Shown: positions 39,233 to 48,859 of the stretch, piece by piece
Layout: each line of letters opens with the position of its first letter
Position numbering within the stretch: the first letter of the stretch is position 1
NCBI GenBank assembly: GCA_050115495.1
Contig: JASFQK010000003.1
Span: 64,001 to 128,000, forward strand
Reading direction: 5' to 3'
Origin: Phycisphaerae bacterium
GTDB lineage: Bacteria; Planctomycetota; Phycisphaerae; UBA1845; Fen-1342
DNA: 64,000 nt
The notes under the pieces: model-generated
The model's input: the letters and a program-made list of their open reading frames with translations, nothing else
Told to the model about the DNA's origin: nothing
Database searches by the model: none
Position numbers and translations under genes: made by a program

Positions 39233-40855
39233 ATGCTGCTGACGCTTGGTGTCGCGACGGGTACCGGCGGCGTTCATAACGTGCCGGGGCTGTTCTGGGT
39301 GTGGCCCTTCGTGGCCATTCTGCTGGCCATCGCTATCTTCCCGTTGATGCGCCGCACGCATCACTGGTGGGAGGAAAACAAGAACAAGCTGCTGGTCGCC
39401 CTCGTGCTGGCGTTCATCACGCTGGCCTATTACGGCCTGCGTGGCTACGGCGTTGCCGTTCACCATGAGGACAAGGACGGCGAGGCGCATGCCGCCGAGG
39501 TCGACCACGGCGCGGTTGCGAGCGAGCCTCCGAGCACGGCGTCGGCTCCGGCATCGCAGCCTGGCGAGTCGGACGAGAGTGGACACGACGAGCACGCGAC
39601 CGGCCACGAGCCGCATCACGCCGCCGCCGGCGAATCCGCTGCGGGCGAGCATGAGGCTGGCGAGGAGGCCGCCGCTCACGAGCAGCACTACAGCCCCAAC
39701 GGCCTGCCCACCATTTTCGCCGTCATCGATCACGCCGTGTTGAAGGAATACATCCCCTTCATCGTGCTGCTGTTCAGCCTGTACGTCATCGCCGGCGGCA
39801 TCGTCGTCCGTGGCGATATCCGGGCCACACCGCTGGCCAACACGTGCATCATCGGTGCCGGCGGTCTGCTGGCCAGCTTCATCGGCACGACCGGCGCGGC
39901 GATGCTCCTGATCCGCTTCCTCCTGAAGACGAACTCCGAGCGCCGGCTCAAGGTCCATACCGTCGTCTTTTTCATCTTCATCGCCGCCAACGTCGGCGGC
40001 ACACTGCTGCCCATCGGCGACCCGCCGCTGTTCCTCGGCTACCTCCGTGGCGTGCCGTTCTTCTGGACGCTCCAGTTGTGGAAGTACTGGGTGATCATGC
40101 TCGCCCTGCTGCTCGCGATCTACTACGTCTGGGACACGTGGGCCTATCGCCATGAAGAGAAGGCCGACCTCCGCCTGGACGAGACGCAGATTCAGCCGAT
40201 GCACGTCGCCGGGCTGCTCAACGTCATCTGGATCTTCGGCGTCGTCGCCGCTGTGGCGACGCTCGATCCGGCGAAGCCCTTCCCGGGGACGAACTGGCAC
40301 GCTCCGATGTACCTGCGTGAGGGCGTGCAGCTTCTCATGGCGCTGGCCTCCTGGGTGACGACGTCGATGGTCCTGCGCAAGGAGAACCAGTTCAACTTCG
40401 TCGCTATCGGCGAGGTGGCCTGCCTGTTCATCGGCATCTTCATCACCATGCAGGTGCCGATCGAGATCCTGCGGGCTCGCGGCGCCGAGCTCGGGCTGCA
40501 TGCCCCCTGGCATTTCTTCTGGGCCACGGGCATTCTCAGCAGCTTCCTCGACAACGCTCCGACCTACGTCGTGTACTTCGAGACGGCCAGCTCCCTGCCC
40601 GCCGAGGCCGGTGTAGAGATGATGCACAACCTGGCGACCGGCTCGATCCCGATCCACCTGCTGATCGCGATCAGTTGCGGTGCCGTCTTCATGGGTGCCA
40701 ACACGTACATTGGCAATGGCCCCAACTTCATGGTGAAGGCCATCGCCGAGCAATCCGGCGTGAAGATGCCCAGCTTCTTCGGCTACATGATGTATTCCGG
40801 GCTCATCCTGATCCCGACGTTCGTGGTCCTGACGCTGATCTTCTTCCGCTCGTAG
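39233..40855 (+). CDS. Putative sodium:proton antiporter (IT superfamily) with His/Glu-rich insert
   Basis: FIGTTGA, ANVGG.LLPIGDPPLFLG, SSFLDNAPTY, GANTYIGNGPNFMVK. Confidence 0.88.
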   Translation: MLLTLGVATGTGGVHNVPGLFWVWPFVAILLAIAIFPLMRRTHHWWEENKNKLLVALVLAFITLAYYGLRGYGVAVHHEDKDGEAHAAEVDHGAVASEPPSTASAPASQPGESDESGHDEHATGHEPHHAAAGESAAGEHEAGEEAAAHEQHYSPNGLPTIFAVIDHAVLKEYIPFIVLLFSLYVIAGGIVVRGDIRATPLANTCIIGAGGLLASFIGTTGAAMLLIRFLLKTNSERRLKVHTVVFFIFIAANVGGTLLPIGDPPLFLGYLRGVPFFWTLQLWKYWVIMLALLLAIYYVWDTWAYRHEEKADLRLDETQIQPMHVAGLLNVIWIFGVVAAVATLDPAKPFPGTNWHAPMYLREGVQLLMALASWVTTSMVLRKENQFNFVAIGEVACLFIGIFITMQVPIEILRARGAELGLHAPWHFFWATGILSSFLDNAPTYVVYFETASSLPAEAGVEMMHNLATGSIPIHLLIAISCGAVFMGANTYIGNGPNFMVKAIAEQSGVKMPSFFGYMMYSGLILIPTFVVLTLIFFRS

Positions 40856-40858
40856 GCT

Positions 40859-41302
40859 GTAGCGTCCGGGCTCCGTACCGGACGTCTTGCAGCGGTCGAT
40901 CCCGGCGGGCCGAGATGTCGGCCATCGAATGTCGAACCGCTCACGCCCCGGCGTGTAGCGTCGGCCCCCCGTGGCCGACGTCGAACGCTGAGAGACGCAC
41001 GACCCGCCACGTAGCGGCCGATTCCGGTGCGCCGGAATGTCGGCCGTCGAATGCTGCATGCCACTGGTGGCTTGCCCGCCAGCGCTAGCATGGACCTCGG
41101 CAGCCGCCACGCGCAGCACGGCCTTCTTAGTCCCGTAGGGACGGCTGATTGTAGCCCAGCACGAAGTGCTGGGACTCGACCCGGCAACGCGTTGGGAAGT
41201 CCCGTAGGGACGACTGAACGCTTCGCCGCGGAACCGCCCGCCGTTCCACGTCGATCATGGGAGCCCGACGCGGCGTGCCACTGGTGGCTTGCCCACCAGT
41301 GC
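40859..41302. repeat. Composite cluster of REP-like palindromes between convergent genes
   Basis: GTAG-led hairpins at 40859, 40955 and 41011; family B at 41059 and 41276; AGTCCCGTAGGGACG at 41129 and 41198. Confidence 0.85.
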
Positions 41303-41313
41303 TGGAACGGGCT

Positions 41314-42558
41314 TCACGCGCCCCGCCGCGCCCCGCGCACCAAAACCAACCAGACAATCCCCAACGCAAAGATCTGTGCTCCCGCCGCCCGCGCCGCGGG
41401 CCACACCAGCAACACCGCCCCCAGTCCCCACACAACCACCGCTCCCACATCCACCCACCGCCGGCGCGTCGCTCGTTCCGCCACCACCGCCAGCGGCCAA
41501 TACACCATCGGCAGGTAATGCACCCACAGCAGCGGCGACGCCAGCAACATCGCCGCACACCACACCCCGAACTGCGCCCGCAACCCATTTACTTCCGCTG
41601 GCGACTTCGCTGCCCACCGCGGCGGCCGCAGACCGGCCATCACGCTCCCCACGAGGATCACTGCCAGCAGCCCCGCATACACCGCGAACACCCGCGACCT
41701 CGGCCAGTCCACCACGTTCACGTACGTCACCGACCCCCGCTCGTCCGGCGTCGCGTTGATATGCGTGCCGAGTCGGCGGAGCACCGCCGGCAGGGCGTTG
41801 TTCTTGTAATAGATCTTCCGCGGCTGGTCGGCGGTGATCGTGTTCCACGCCGAGTGCCCCTGCGCTGCACGTTCAAAGAACGCTGTGTGCTGCCGCTTCG
41901 TCTCTGCCACACCCAGCGAGATCAGCGGCATCCCCAGCCCAAACACAACCGTCACCGCCGCCGCCGCGAGCGCCACCCGCCACCGCCCCTTGAGCAGGAA
42001 GAAGATAACCAGCAGCCCCGGCACGAGCTTGATGAGCGTCGCCAGTCCGAGCACCGCCCCCGCTTCCCACTCGTACCGCCGTTCGAACAGGAACCAGACG
42101 GCCACGAGCAGGAACATCATCATCAGCCCGACCGCCCCGAGCACGCTCGCCGAATAGAGGTAAGGCAGCATGAGCCCCAGCGCCAGCCACGTCGCCGCCC
42201 GCGGCCGCGGCGCGAGCCCGCCGGCCAGCAGGATCTCCACCATAACGACCGCCAGCGCCACCAATCCCAGCGACAGCGCCGTAAACGCGACGGCCGCCAC
42301 CTTCAGCGGCAGCAGGCTCCACGGCAGCATGAAGATCGTGAAGAACGGCAGGTAGTTGTGCACGCCGAGTTCCGCCGAGATCTCGCCCGTCTCACGGAAG
42401 TGCTTCGCCGTCTGCCAGTAGTCGCGGAAATCCGTGCTGCTCTCAGCGCGATGTGCGAGAACGACGCCGATGAAGACCGTGTACGCGACGGCCGCGATCA
42501 GCAGCGGCAGCCACCCGCGCAGCTTCGCTCGCCTGCCATCGCCGCGCTCGCCGCTCAT
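41314..42558 (-). CDS. GT87/DUF2029-like GT-C glycosyltransferase
   Basis: DFRDYW, YLPFF, LATLIKL.P, SPLLWVHY; polytopic membrane protein. Confidence 0.85.
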   Translation of the reverse strand: MSGERGDGRRAKLRGWLPLLIAAVAYTVFIGVVLAHRAESSTDFRDYWQTAKHFRETGEISAELGVHNYLPFFTIFMLPWSLLPLKVAAVAFTALSLGLVALAVVMVEILLAGGLAPRPRAATWLALGLMLPYLYSASVLGAVGLMMMFLLVAVWFLFERRYEWEAGAVLGLATLIKLVPGLLVIFFLLKGRWRVALAAAAVTVVFGLGMPLISLGVAETKRQHTAFFERAAQGHSAWNTITADQPRKIYYKNNALPAVLRRLGTHINATPDERGSVTYVNVVDWPRSRVFAVYAGLLAVILVGSVMAGLRPPRWAAKSPAEVNGLRAQFGVWCAAMLLASPLLWVHYLPMVYWPLAVVAERATRRRWVDVGAVVVWGLGAVLLVWPAARAAGAQIFALGIVWLVLVRGARRGA

Positions 42559-43280
42559 GGCTGCCCCCGCCGCCCGAACAGCACGAACCCGTACAGCCGC
42601 GCCAGGTGCCGCAGGTAGCGAAGCTGCTCTCCGACGTTCAATTTCGTCTGTCCGGCCTGCCGATCGGCGAATGTGATCGGCACCTCGACCACATTCCGCC
42701 ACCGGTGCCGCACGATCAATTCGAGCGCGATCTTGTATCCCACCGGCCGCAGCCCACCAAGCCGCAGCTCCGCCCGCCGCACCGCGAAGAACCCCGCCAT
42801 CATGTCTCGCACCGGCGTCAGCGGCCGCGCCAGCAGCCGCGCCACGAAGCTGTTCAACCGCCGATGCAATGGCCAGCGCAGATCCACGCGCCCGCCGGGG
42901 ACGAACCGGCTGCCGATCGTCATCTGCACCGCCGGATCGGACAGCGGCGCGAGCAGACTGGGTATCGCCTCCGGCGGATGCGACAGGTCGGCGTCCATGG
43001 CGACGACCAGCGTCCCGCGCGCCTCGCGCAATCCCGCAATCACCGCCGTCGCCAGCCCGCGTTCACCCCGCCGGACGAGGCATCGCACCGGGTATTGCTC
43101 GGCCAGGGCGCGCGCCACATCCGCCGTCCCGTCCGGCGAGTCATCATCGACAATGAGAAGTTCGCTCTGCTGCGAATCGAGCGTGTGGAACACCCGCTCG
43201 GCGAGCGGCCGCAGGTTAGCCTGCTCGTTGTACGTCGGCACGACCACGCTGACGGATGGCGGCGGTTGCTCCATGGGCAC
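42555..43280 (-). CDS. Polyprenol monophosphomannose synthase (DPM1-like GT2)
   Basis: VPTYNE, VDDDSPDGT, RGLATA, MDADLSHPP, GSRFVPGG, GYKI.LE. Confidence 0.9.
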   Translation of the reverse strand: MPMEQPPPSVSVVVPTYNEQANLRPLAERVFHTLDSQQSELLIVDDDSPDGTADVARALAEQYPVRCLVRRGERGLATAVIAGLREARGTLVVAMDADLSHPPEAIPSLLAPLSDPAVQMTIGSRFVPGGRVDLRWPLHRRLNSFVARLLARPLTPVRDMMAGFFAVRRAELRLGGLRPVGYKIALELIVRHRWRNVVEVPITFADRQAGQTKLNVGEQLRYLRHLARLYGFVLFGRRGQP

Positions 43281-43307
43281 TCACGTGGCGGCGCCGGCCG
43301 GCGGCCC

Positions 43308-44021
43308 TCAGTCGGCCAGGGCGTAGCGGATGATGCAGAAGATGGCCTTGCAGCCGTCACGCCAGGTGATCTTCTTGCCCTCTTCGTACGACCGGCCGGC
43401 GTAGCTGATTCCCACCTCGTAAATACGCCACCGCCCGCGGGCCACCTTGGCCGTCACCTCCGGCTCGATCCCGAACCGGTCCGACCGCAGCCGGATGTTC
43501 TTGATCACCTCCGCCTTGAAGACCTTGTAGCAGGTCTCCATGTCGGTCAGGTTCAGGTTGGTGAACATGTTGCTCAGCAGCGTGAGCAGGCGGTTGCCGA
43601 CGTAATGCCAGTAATACAGCACGCGGTGCGCGTCGCCCCCGACGAACCGCGAGCCGTACACCACGTCCGCCTTGCCGTCCAGGATCGGCTGCAGCAGTTG
43701 CGGGTAGTCTTGCGGGTCGTATTCGAGGTCGGCGTCCTGCACCAGGATGATGTCGCCCTGGGCGGCGGCGAAACCCGTCCGCAGCGCGGCACCCTTGCCC
43801 TGGTTCTTCGCGTGCTTGATCACGCGCAGCCGAGCCTCGGGAAACTCCTGCGGCAGCTTCTCGTACAGATCGAGCGTCCCGTCGCGCGAGCAGTCGTCAA
43901 CCAGGACGAGCTCCCGGTCGAGCGTGATCGGCGCGGCCAGCACGCGGCGGATGATTTCGAAAAGGGTGTTTTTCTCGTTGTAGACGGGGATAACGACGGA
44001 CAACAGCATCGTTTCGTACAC
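43308..44021 (-). CDS. GT2 glycosyltransferase (polyprenol-phosphate-sugar synthase-like)
   Basis: [39 protein letters not shown]; start may be 44009. Confidence 0.92.
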   Translation of the reverse strand: MYETMLLSVVIPVYNEKNTLFEIIRRVLAAPITLDRELVLVDDCSRDGTLDLYEKLPQEFPEARLRVIKHAKNQGKGAALRTGFAAAQGDIILVQDADLEYDPQDYPQLLQPILDGKADVVYGSRFVGGDAHRVLYYWHYVGNRLLTLLSNMFTNLNLTDMETCYKVFKAEVIKNIRLRSDRFGIEPEVTAKVARGRWRIYEVGISYAGRSYEEGKKITWRDGCKAIFCIIRYALAD

Positions 44022-44037
44022 TCCCGCGCAGACCGCG

Positions 44038-44550
44038 TCAGACGGTCGCCGTCAGCAGGCGGCACAGGTCGGCGTCTCGCGACAGAATCGCCTCCCGAAT
44101 CTGCGCCCGCAGCGTTTGAATCGGCAGCCGCCACAACGCCCGCGCCAACGGCGAAACCTGCTGCAACCCCGGCTGGGGCTCGGCGAAGGCATCGAGCAGC
44201 GTCCGCTCCAGTCGCAGCCGGTCGAATTCCGGCCGCCGAAATTCCTCCCAGGTCTCCAGCAACACCGGCAGCAGCGCCGACCCACGCCGCGGAATCCAGT
44301 TCAAACCGGCGAATACCAACAGTGCCGCCGACTCGAACTGTGGCTGGGCATGGTGGGCGACCATCATGTGCCGCACCGCCTGCGCCGACCGCCCGCGGTC
44401 GAAGCATTGGCACGCCAGCAGATATCGCGTCACCGCGCAGCGCGGATTATCCGCCAGACCCGCCGCCAGCCGTTCGGCCAGCCTCTCGGGGGCGCAGCGC
44501 GCATACAATGATATGGTGCTCGCCAGCCGGCGACGCTGCATGTTCAGCAC
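44038..44550 (-). CDS. Hypothetical protein (TPR-like helical)
   Basis: Fills the gap co-directionally with the GT operon; helical composition. Confidence 0.55.
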   Translation of the reverse strand: MLNMQRRRLASTISLYARCAPERLAERLAAGLADNPRCAVTRYLLACQCFDRGRSAQAVRHMMVAHHAQPQFESAALLVFAGLNWIPRRGSALLPVLLETWEEFRRPEFDRLRLERTLLDAFAEPQPGLQQVSPLARALWRLPIQTLRAQIREAILSRDADLCRLLTATV

Positions 44551-44682
44551 GTTCCGTCAACCCGTACCGCTTAAACGATACCCCACGCTACGCGGACCTG
44601 CGTTTCTCGTCAACTGCTGCGGTCCGTCGGCTATACTCCCGGTTCGGCATGACGGCGGTCCGCCTGCGGAGCAGCACCGGCC

Positions 44683-45759
44683 ATGACGGCCAACCGACAC
44701 CATCCGGACAACGCGCCCCCGAATGATTCCACGGGAGATCTGGCCCCTTGGGAATATGCCGGCCTGCTCCTGACCTATTGGTGCAACGCCCGCTGCGCCT
44801 TCTGCTACGTGCACAGTGGCCCCGACCGCGGCGGACAAATGCCCGTCGAGACCGCCTGCAAGCTCTGGCGCGAACTCGACACCCTCGCCGCCCGCCACGG
44901 CCGGCAGATGCGCATCCATCTCGCCGGCGGCGAGCCGTTCCGCGACTGGCCGCATCTGGCGGCGATCGTTCGCACCGCCCGCGACGCCGGCCTCTCCCCG
45001 CTCGAAAAGATCGAGACCAACGCTTTCTGGGCGACCTCCGACGGCCTCGTGCGGGCCCGCCTCGAATTGCTGGACGCCCTCGGCATGGAGCTGCTCGTCG
45101 TCAGCACCGACGTCTATCACCAGGCCTTCATCCCCTTCGACCGGGTACAGCGCTGCGTCGAGATCGCTCGTCAGATCCTCGGCCGCGGCCGCGTACGCGT
45201 ACGCTGGTGGGATTTCTACAACAGCCCGGTCAACCTGCGTGGCGCGACGCCCGCGACCCGCGAGATCGCCTATCGCGCGGCCCTCGCTCGCCACCACGAC
45301 CGTCTCACCGGCCGTGCCGCCCAGGAGCTGGTCGCATTCCTGCCGCTCCATCCGCCGGAGCACTTCCGCGGCGACGATTGCCGCCGGCCGCTCCTCGGCA
45401 GCAAGCACGTCCACATCGACCCCTTCGGCCACATCTTCCCCGGCGTCTGCAACGGCATCATCCTCGGCACCGCCGGCCCGCGAACCGTCGGCGAGATCTG
45501 GGACGACCTCGCCACCGGCTGGCCGGCGATCCCGGTCGTTTCCGCCCTCGTCGCCGGCGGCAGCTTCGAGTTGATGCAGCGGGCCATCCCCCTCGGCTAC
45601 CGCCCCGCGCCCGAGGGCTACGCCGACAAGTGCCACCTCTGCACGCACGTCCGGCAGTTCCTCGTCGAGCACGGCCACTGGCCGCAGCACGTCGGCCCCG
45701 CCGAGTGCTACGCCCGCCCGCCGGCACAGCGGGGTTCCCCGTCGTGTCCCGGCGAGTAG
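44683..45759 (+). CDS. Radical SAM protein with Cys-rich (SPASM/twitch-like) C-terminus
   Basis: TYWCNARCAFC, AGGEPF, ETNAFW, HIDPFG.IFPGVC, DKCHLC. Confidence 0.9.
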   Translation: MTANRHHPDNAPPNDSTGDLAPWEYAGLLLTYWCNARCAFCYVHSGPDRGGQMPVETACKLWRELDTLAARHGRQMRIHLAGGEPFRDWPHLAAIVRTARDAGLSPLEKIETNAFWATSDGLVRARLELLDALGMELLVVSTDVYHQAFIPFDRVQRCVEIARQILGRGRVRVRWWDFYNSPVNLRGATPATREIAYRAALARHHDRLTGRAAQELVAFLPLHPPEHFRGDDCRRPLLGSKHVHIDPFGHIFPGVCNGIILGTAGPRTVGEIWDDLATGWPAIPVVSALVAGGSFELMQRAIPLGYRPAPEGYADKCHLCTHVRQFLVEHGHWPQHVGPAECYARPPAQRGSPSCPGE

Positions 45760-45832
45760 AATGGTTACTGGGCCGTGGCCGGGTGCGGCTGCAAGTCGGG
45801 CCCCTTGGAGCGGTGCAGGAGAGCCAGACGCG

Positions 45833-46402
45833 ATGAGCAAGCACGATATCGGCAGGCAGGCGGGCAGAGCGACGGGGCATCATCTCGGCGGTGCCGCGGT
45901 CCGCATCATGGTAGCGGCCCTGGTGGCGGTCGGGCTGGGCGCCTGCGACCGCTCGCCCAATACGCCGGGTGCGGGCACGTCGGGGCAGGGCGTGCAGCGG
46001 ACGCTCGTCCTCCACACGATCGTCGTGACCTACCCCACGCCGCCGGCGAAGCATACCTTCGAGCAGCCCGCCGACGCCCTGGCGCGGCCGGGCGCGAAGA
46101 CGATCCTGGACAGCGATCTCGAGCTCAAGCCCGAACTGAAGCTCGATTTCGGCTACGAATGCAACGGCGAGACCTACCCGGTGACGTTCACCCTGACGAA
46201 CGTCACGGCCTACGGCGGTGGCGTCAGCTTCGACTTCGAACCCAGCACCAAGCCCGGCAACGGGGCCTTCAACGGCGGCACCCGGACAGCCACCCTGAAC
46301 AAATTCACCGTCCTCGGCCGCGCCCTGCGCCTCATCGAGGGCGAGAAGGGCGTCGACGTCTGGTGCTTCACCGAGCTCCGCTACCGCGAAGACAAACCCT
46401 GA
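45833..46402 (+). CDS. Hypothetical lipoprotein
   Basis: AGGAGAG upstream; lipobox LGAC; start uncertain. Confidence 0.6.
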   Translation: MSKHDIGRQAGRATGHHLGGAAVRIMVAALVAVGLGACDRSPNTPGAGTSGQGVQRTLVLHTIVVTYPTPPAKHTFEQPADALARPGAKTILDSDLELKPELKLDFGYECNGETYPVTFTLTNVTAYGGGVSFDFEPSTKPGNGAFNGGTRTATLNKFTVLGRALRLIEGEKGVDVWCFTELRYREDKP

Positions 46403-46435
46403 CCTCGCCTCGCGTAAGCGGCGCCTGACGGTGCG

Positions 46436-46708
46436 TGCCACCGTTGGCTCGCCCACCGGAGTGTGGCATGCCGAAGCTCTAAGGCGCCGGCATGTCTTCT
46501 CCTCGTGTCGGGGAAAACATGCCGGCGCTGCGCTTCGGCATGCCACACACCGCGACGTAGCGTCGGCCCCCCGTGGCCGACGTCGACCACCGAACAACGC
46601 CCCGGTGTGCCGCTGCTCTTGAGCAGTGTCTTCCGACCCCGAGCCATCTCCATCTCTCGCCACGACCCACGGATCGCCGGGTGCCACTGCTGGCTTTTCC
46701 ACCAGTGC
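46436..46708. repeat. Composite cluster of REP-like palindromes
   Basis: Family B at 46436 and 46682; GTGGCATGCC...GGCATGCCAC doublet at 46461-46548; 30-bp GTAG element at 46557-46586 identical to 40955-40984. Confidence 0.85.
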
Positions 46709-46773
46709 CATGCCACGCCAACGCCTCTCCAAGCCCTTGACGTCCGCCACCCGCCGCCCGAACGTGTCCAGCA

Positions 46774-48801
46774 ATGAACCGTCCGCCTGACACGTCAGAC
46801 GCCGGCCCGAGCTTGCCGCTCACCCGCGTGACGATCGCCGTCCTGCTCGTCGGCACACTTCTGGTCAGCCTCGCGCTCAGCCCGCGCACCGCGCTGATCG
46901 CCACCGTCGACGGCGTCTACGTCCTGCTACTGCTGCTCGCCGCCGCCGGCTGGGGCGCCTGGCCCGCGAGAGGTCTTCGCGGCGAGCCCGGCCGTCCCGG
47001 CCGTGAGCTCCTGCTCGCTATCGCCCTCGGCCTGGGCATCATGGCTCCGCTCGCCCTCCTGCTCGGAATGAACGGTGCCCTCACCGGCCCGACAACCTGG
47101 GCCTTGCTCGCTGGCGGCGGCGGCCTGGGACTGGTGCGAATCGTTCCGGCCCTGACGCGACCGACTCAACCTGACGCGTCCCCATCGTCGCCCCGGCGAA
47201 ACCTCCTCTGGTCCGCACTCCCGCTCCTCGCCCTCTGCCCACTGCTCGGCATGAGCCTCTTCGGCGCGACGCTACCCCCCGGCATCCTCTGGCCCGCCGA
47301 GGCTCGCGGCTACGATGTCCTCGAGTACCACCTCCAGGCCCCGCGCGAGTACTACGAAGATGGCCACTTCACCTTTCTTCCGTACAACGTTTACGCCTCC
47401 TTCCCCCAGCAGGTCGAGATCCTCTACCTGCTGCTGATGTATATGATGGGCGGCCCGCTGTCGGCGGCCATCGCCGCGCAACTACTGCACCTCGCCCTCG
47501 GCGTCCTGGCGGTGGCAGCACCGGCCGCATGGTCACCACCCGGCTGGCCACGCACGCTCGTGGCCCTCGTCGCCGGCGGCGTGACGTGGATGGCGTACCT
47601 CGGCTGCCTCGCCTACGTCGAGCTCGGCCTGCTCTTCTTCGCCGCCGTCGCCGGCGGAATCGCCTGCCGCCAGGCCGACGCCACTGCGCCCGGCGGTTGG
47701 CGTGGCGCGCTGGCTGCCGGCCTCTGCGCCGGATTGGCAGGGGGGTGCAAGTACACCGCCCTGATCCTCGTCGCCGCCGGCCTCGGCTTCGCCTGGCTCA
47801 TCGCCATGCGCGCCGACCTACGGACGAGAGCCGTTCGCGCCCTCCTCTTCGGCGTCGGCGTCATCGTCGCCTTCAGCCCCTGGCTGATCCGCAACGCCGT
47901 CCAGACCGGCAACCCCGTCTACCCCTTCGCGTATCACGAGTTCGGCGGCGCCGCCTGGAGCGACGAGCAGGCCGCACAATGGTCCCACGGCCACCGCATC
48001 CCCGCCGACAAGGACTCCGTCACCGGCCGCGCCCAGATCCTCGCCGACGAGCTCTTCGTCTCGCCGCAGTTCGGCCCCGCCCTGTGGCTCGTCCCGGCGA
48101 TCGGCCTCCTCGCCTTTCCCCGCCGCCGACACTGGCTCACCGGCATCTGGCTCATCGTGACGGTCGCCGCCTGGGCAACACTCACGCACATGCCCGGCCG
48201 CTTCGCCGTCCCGATCATCGTCCCACTGGCGCTGATGCTGGGCAGTATCCCCGAGACCGGCGTACGCGGCTGGCGGCGAACACTGCTCATCGTCCTGCTC
48301 GTCTGTGCGGCAGGGGGGGCCGTCTGGAACGGCACCCGTCTACTGCGGGCCCTGGGCAACGAGGACGCCCACTGGCGGCGTCTGACGGGCGCGCATCTCC
48401 GCGACCTCGTCGGTGCGACCGAGGCTCGCGCCGCCGCCGATCCGATCAACCTCGCCATCCCCGACGCCGGCCCCACAACGACCGTCTGGCTCGTCGGCGA
48501 CGCCGCCGTCTTCTACGTGCAACCCCGCTGCCATTACACCGTTACTTTCAGCCGTGACCCCTGGCTGACCTTCGCCGAATCCGGAGCCACCGCCCCGGAA
48601 TGCGTGGACTGGCTGCGCAGCCGAAACGTGACGCATGTGGTATTCTCCTGGTCCGAAGTGGATCGGCTGCGGGACACCTACGGCTTCTCGCCGGTGGTGA
48701 CGCCGGCCTGGGTCGAGCAGCTCGAACAAGCCGGCCTCGAGCGTGTCATCACGCCCGATACCGCTCCGAGCATGGCAGTGTACGAGGTTCCGGCGGAATG
48801 A
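46774..48801 (+). CDS. GT-C (ArnT/PMT-like) polytopic membrane protein
   Basis: YDVLEYHL, GCKYT, PWLIRN..TGNPVYP; many TM segments. Confidence 0.75.
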   Translation: MNRPPDTSDAGPSLPLTRVTIAVLLVGTLLVSLALSPRTALIATVDGVYVLLLLLAAAGWGAWPARGLRGEPGRPGRELLLAIALGLGIMAPLALLLGMNGALTGPTTWALLAGGGGLGLVRIVPALTRPTQPDASPSSPRRNLLWSALPLLALCPLLGMSLFGATLPPGILWPAEARGYDVLEYHLQAPREYYEDGHFTFLPYNVYASFPQQVEILYLLLMYMMGGPLSAAIAAQLLHLALGVLAVAAPAAWSPPGWPRTLVALVAGGVTWMAYLGCLAYVELGLLFFAAVAGGIACRQADATAPGGWRGALAAGLCAGLAGGCKYTALILVAAGLGFAWLIAMRADLRTRAVRALLFGVGVIVAFSPWLIRNAVQTGNPVYPFAYHEFGGAAWSDEQAAQWSHGHRIPADKDSVTGRAQILADELFVSPQFGPALWLVPAIGLLAFPRRRHWLTGIWLIVTVAAWATLTHMPGRFAVPIIVPLALMLGSIPETGVRGWRRTLLIVLLVCAAGGAVWNGTRLLRALGNEDAHWRRLTGAHLRDLVGATEARAAADPINLAIPDAGPTTTVWLVGDAAVFYVQPRCHYTVTFSRDPWLTFAESGATAPECVDWLRSRNVTHVVFSWSEVDRLRDTYGFSPVVTPAWVEQLEQAGLERVITPDTAPSMAVYEVPAE

Positions 48802-48859
48802 CGGTTCAAGACATCAAACGGACGGCCGCCCGGCCGGCAGCAGGGGGGTGGACACGGGC

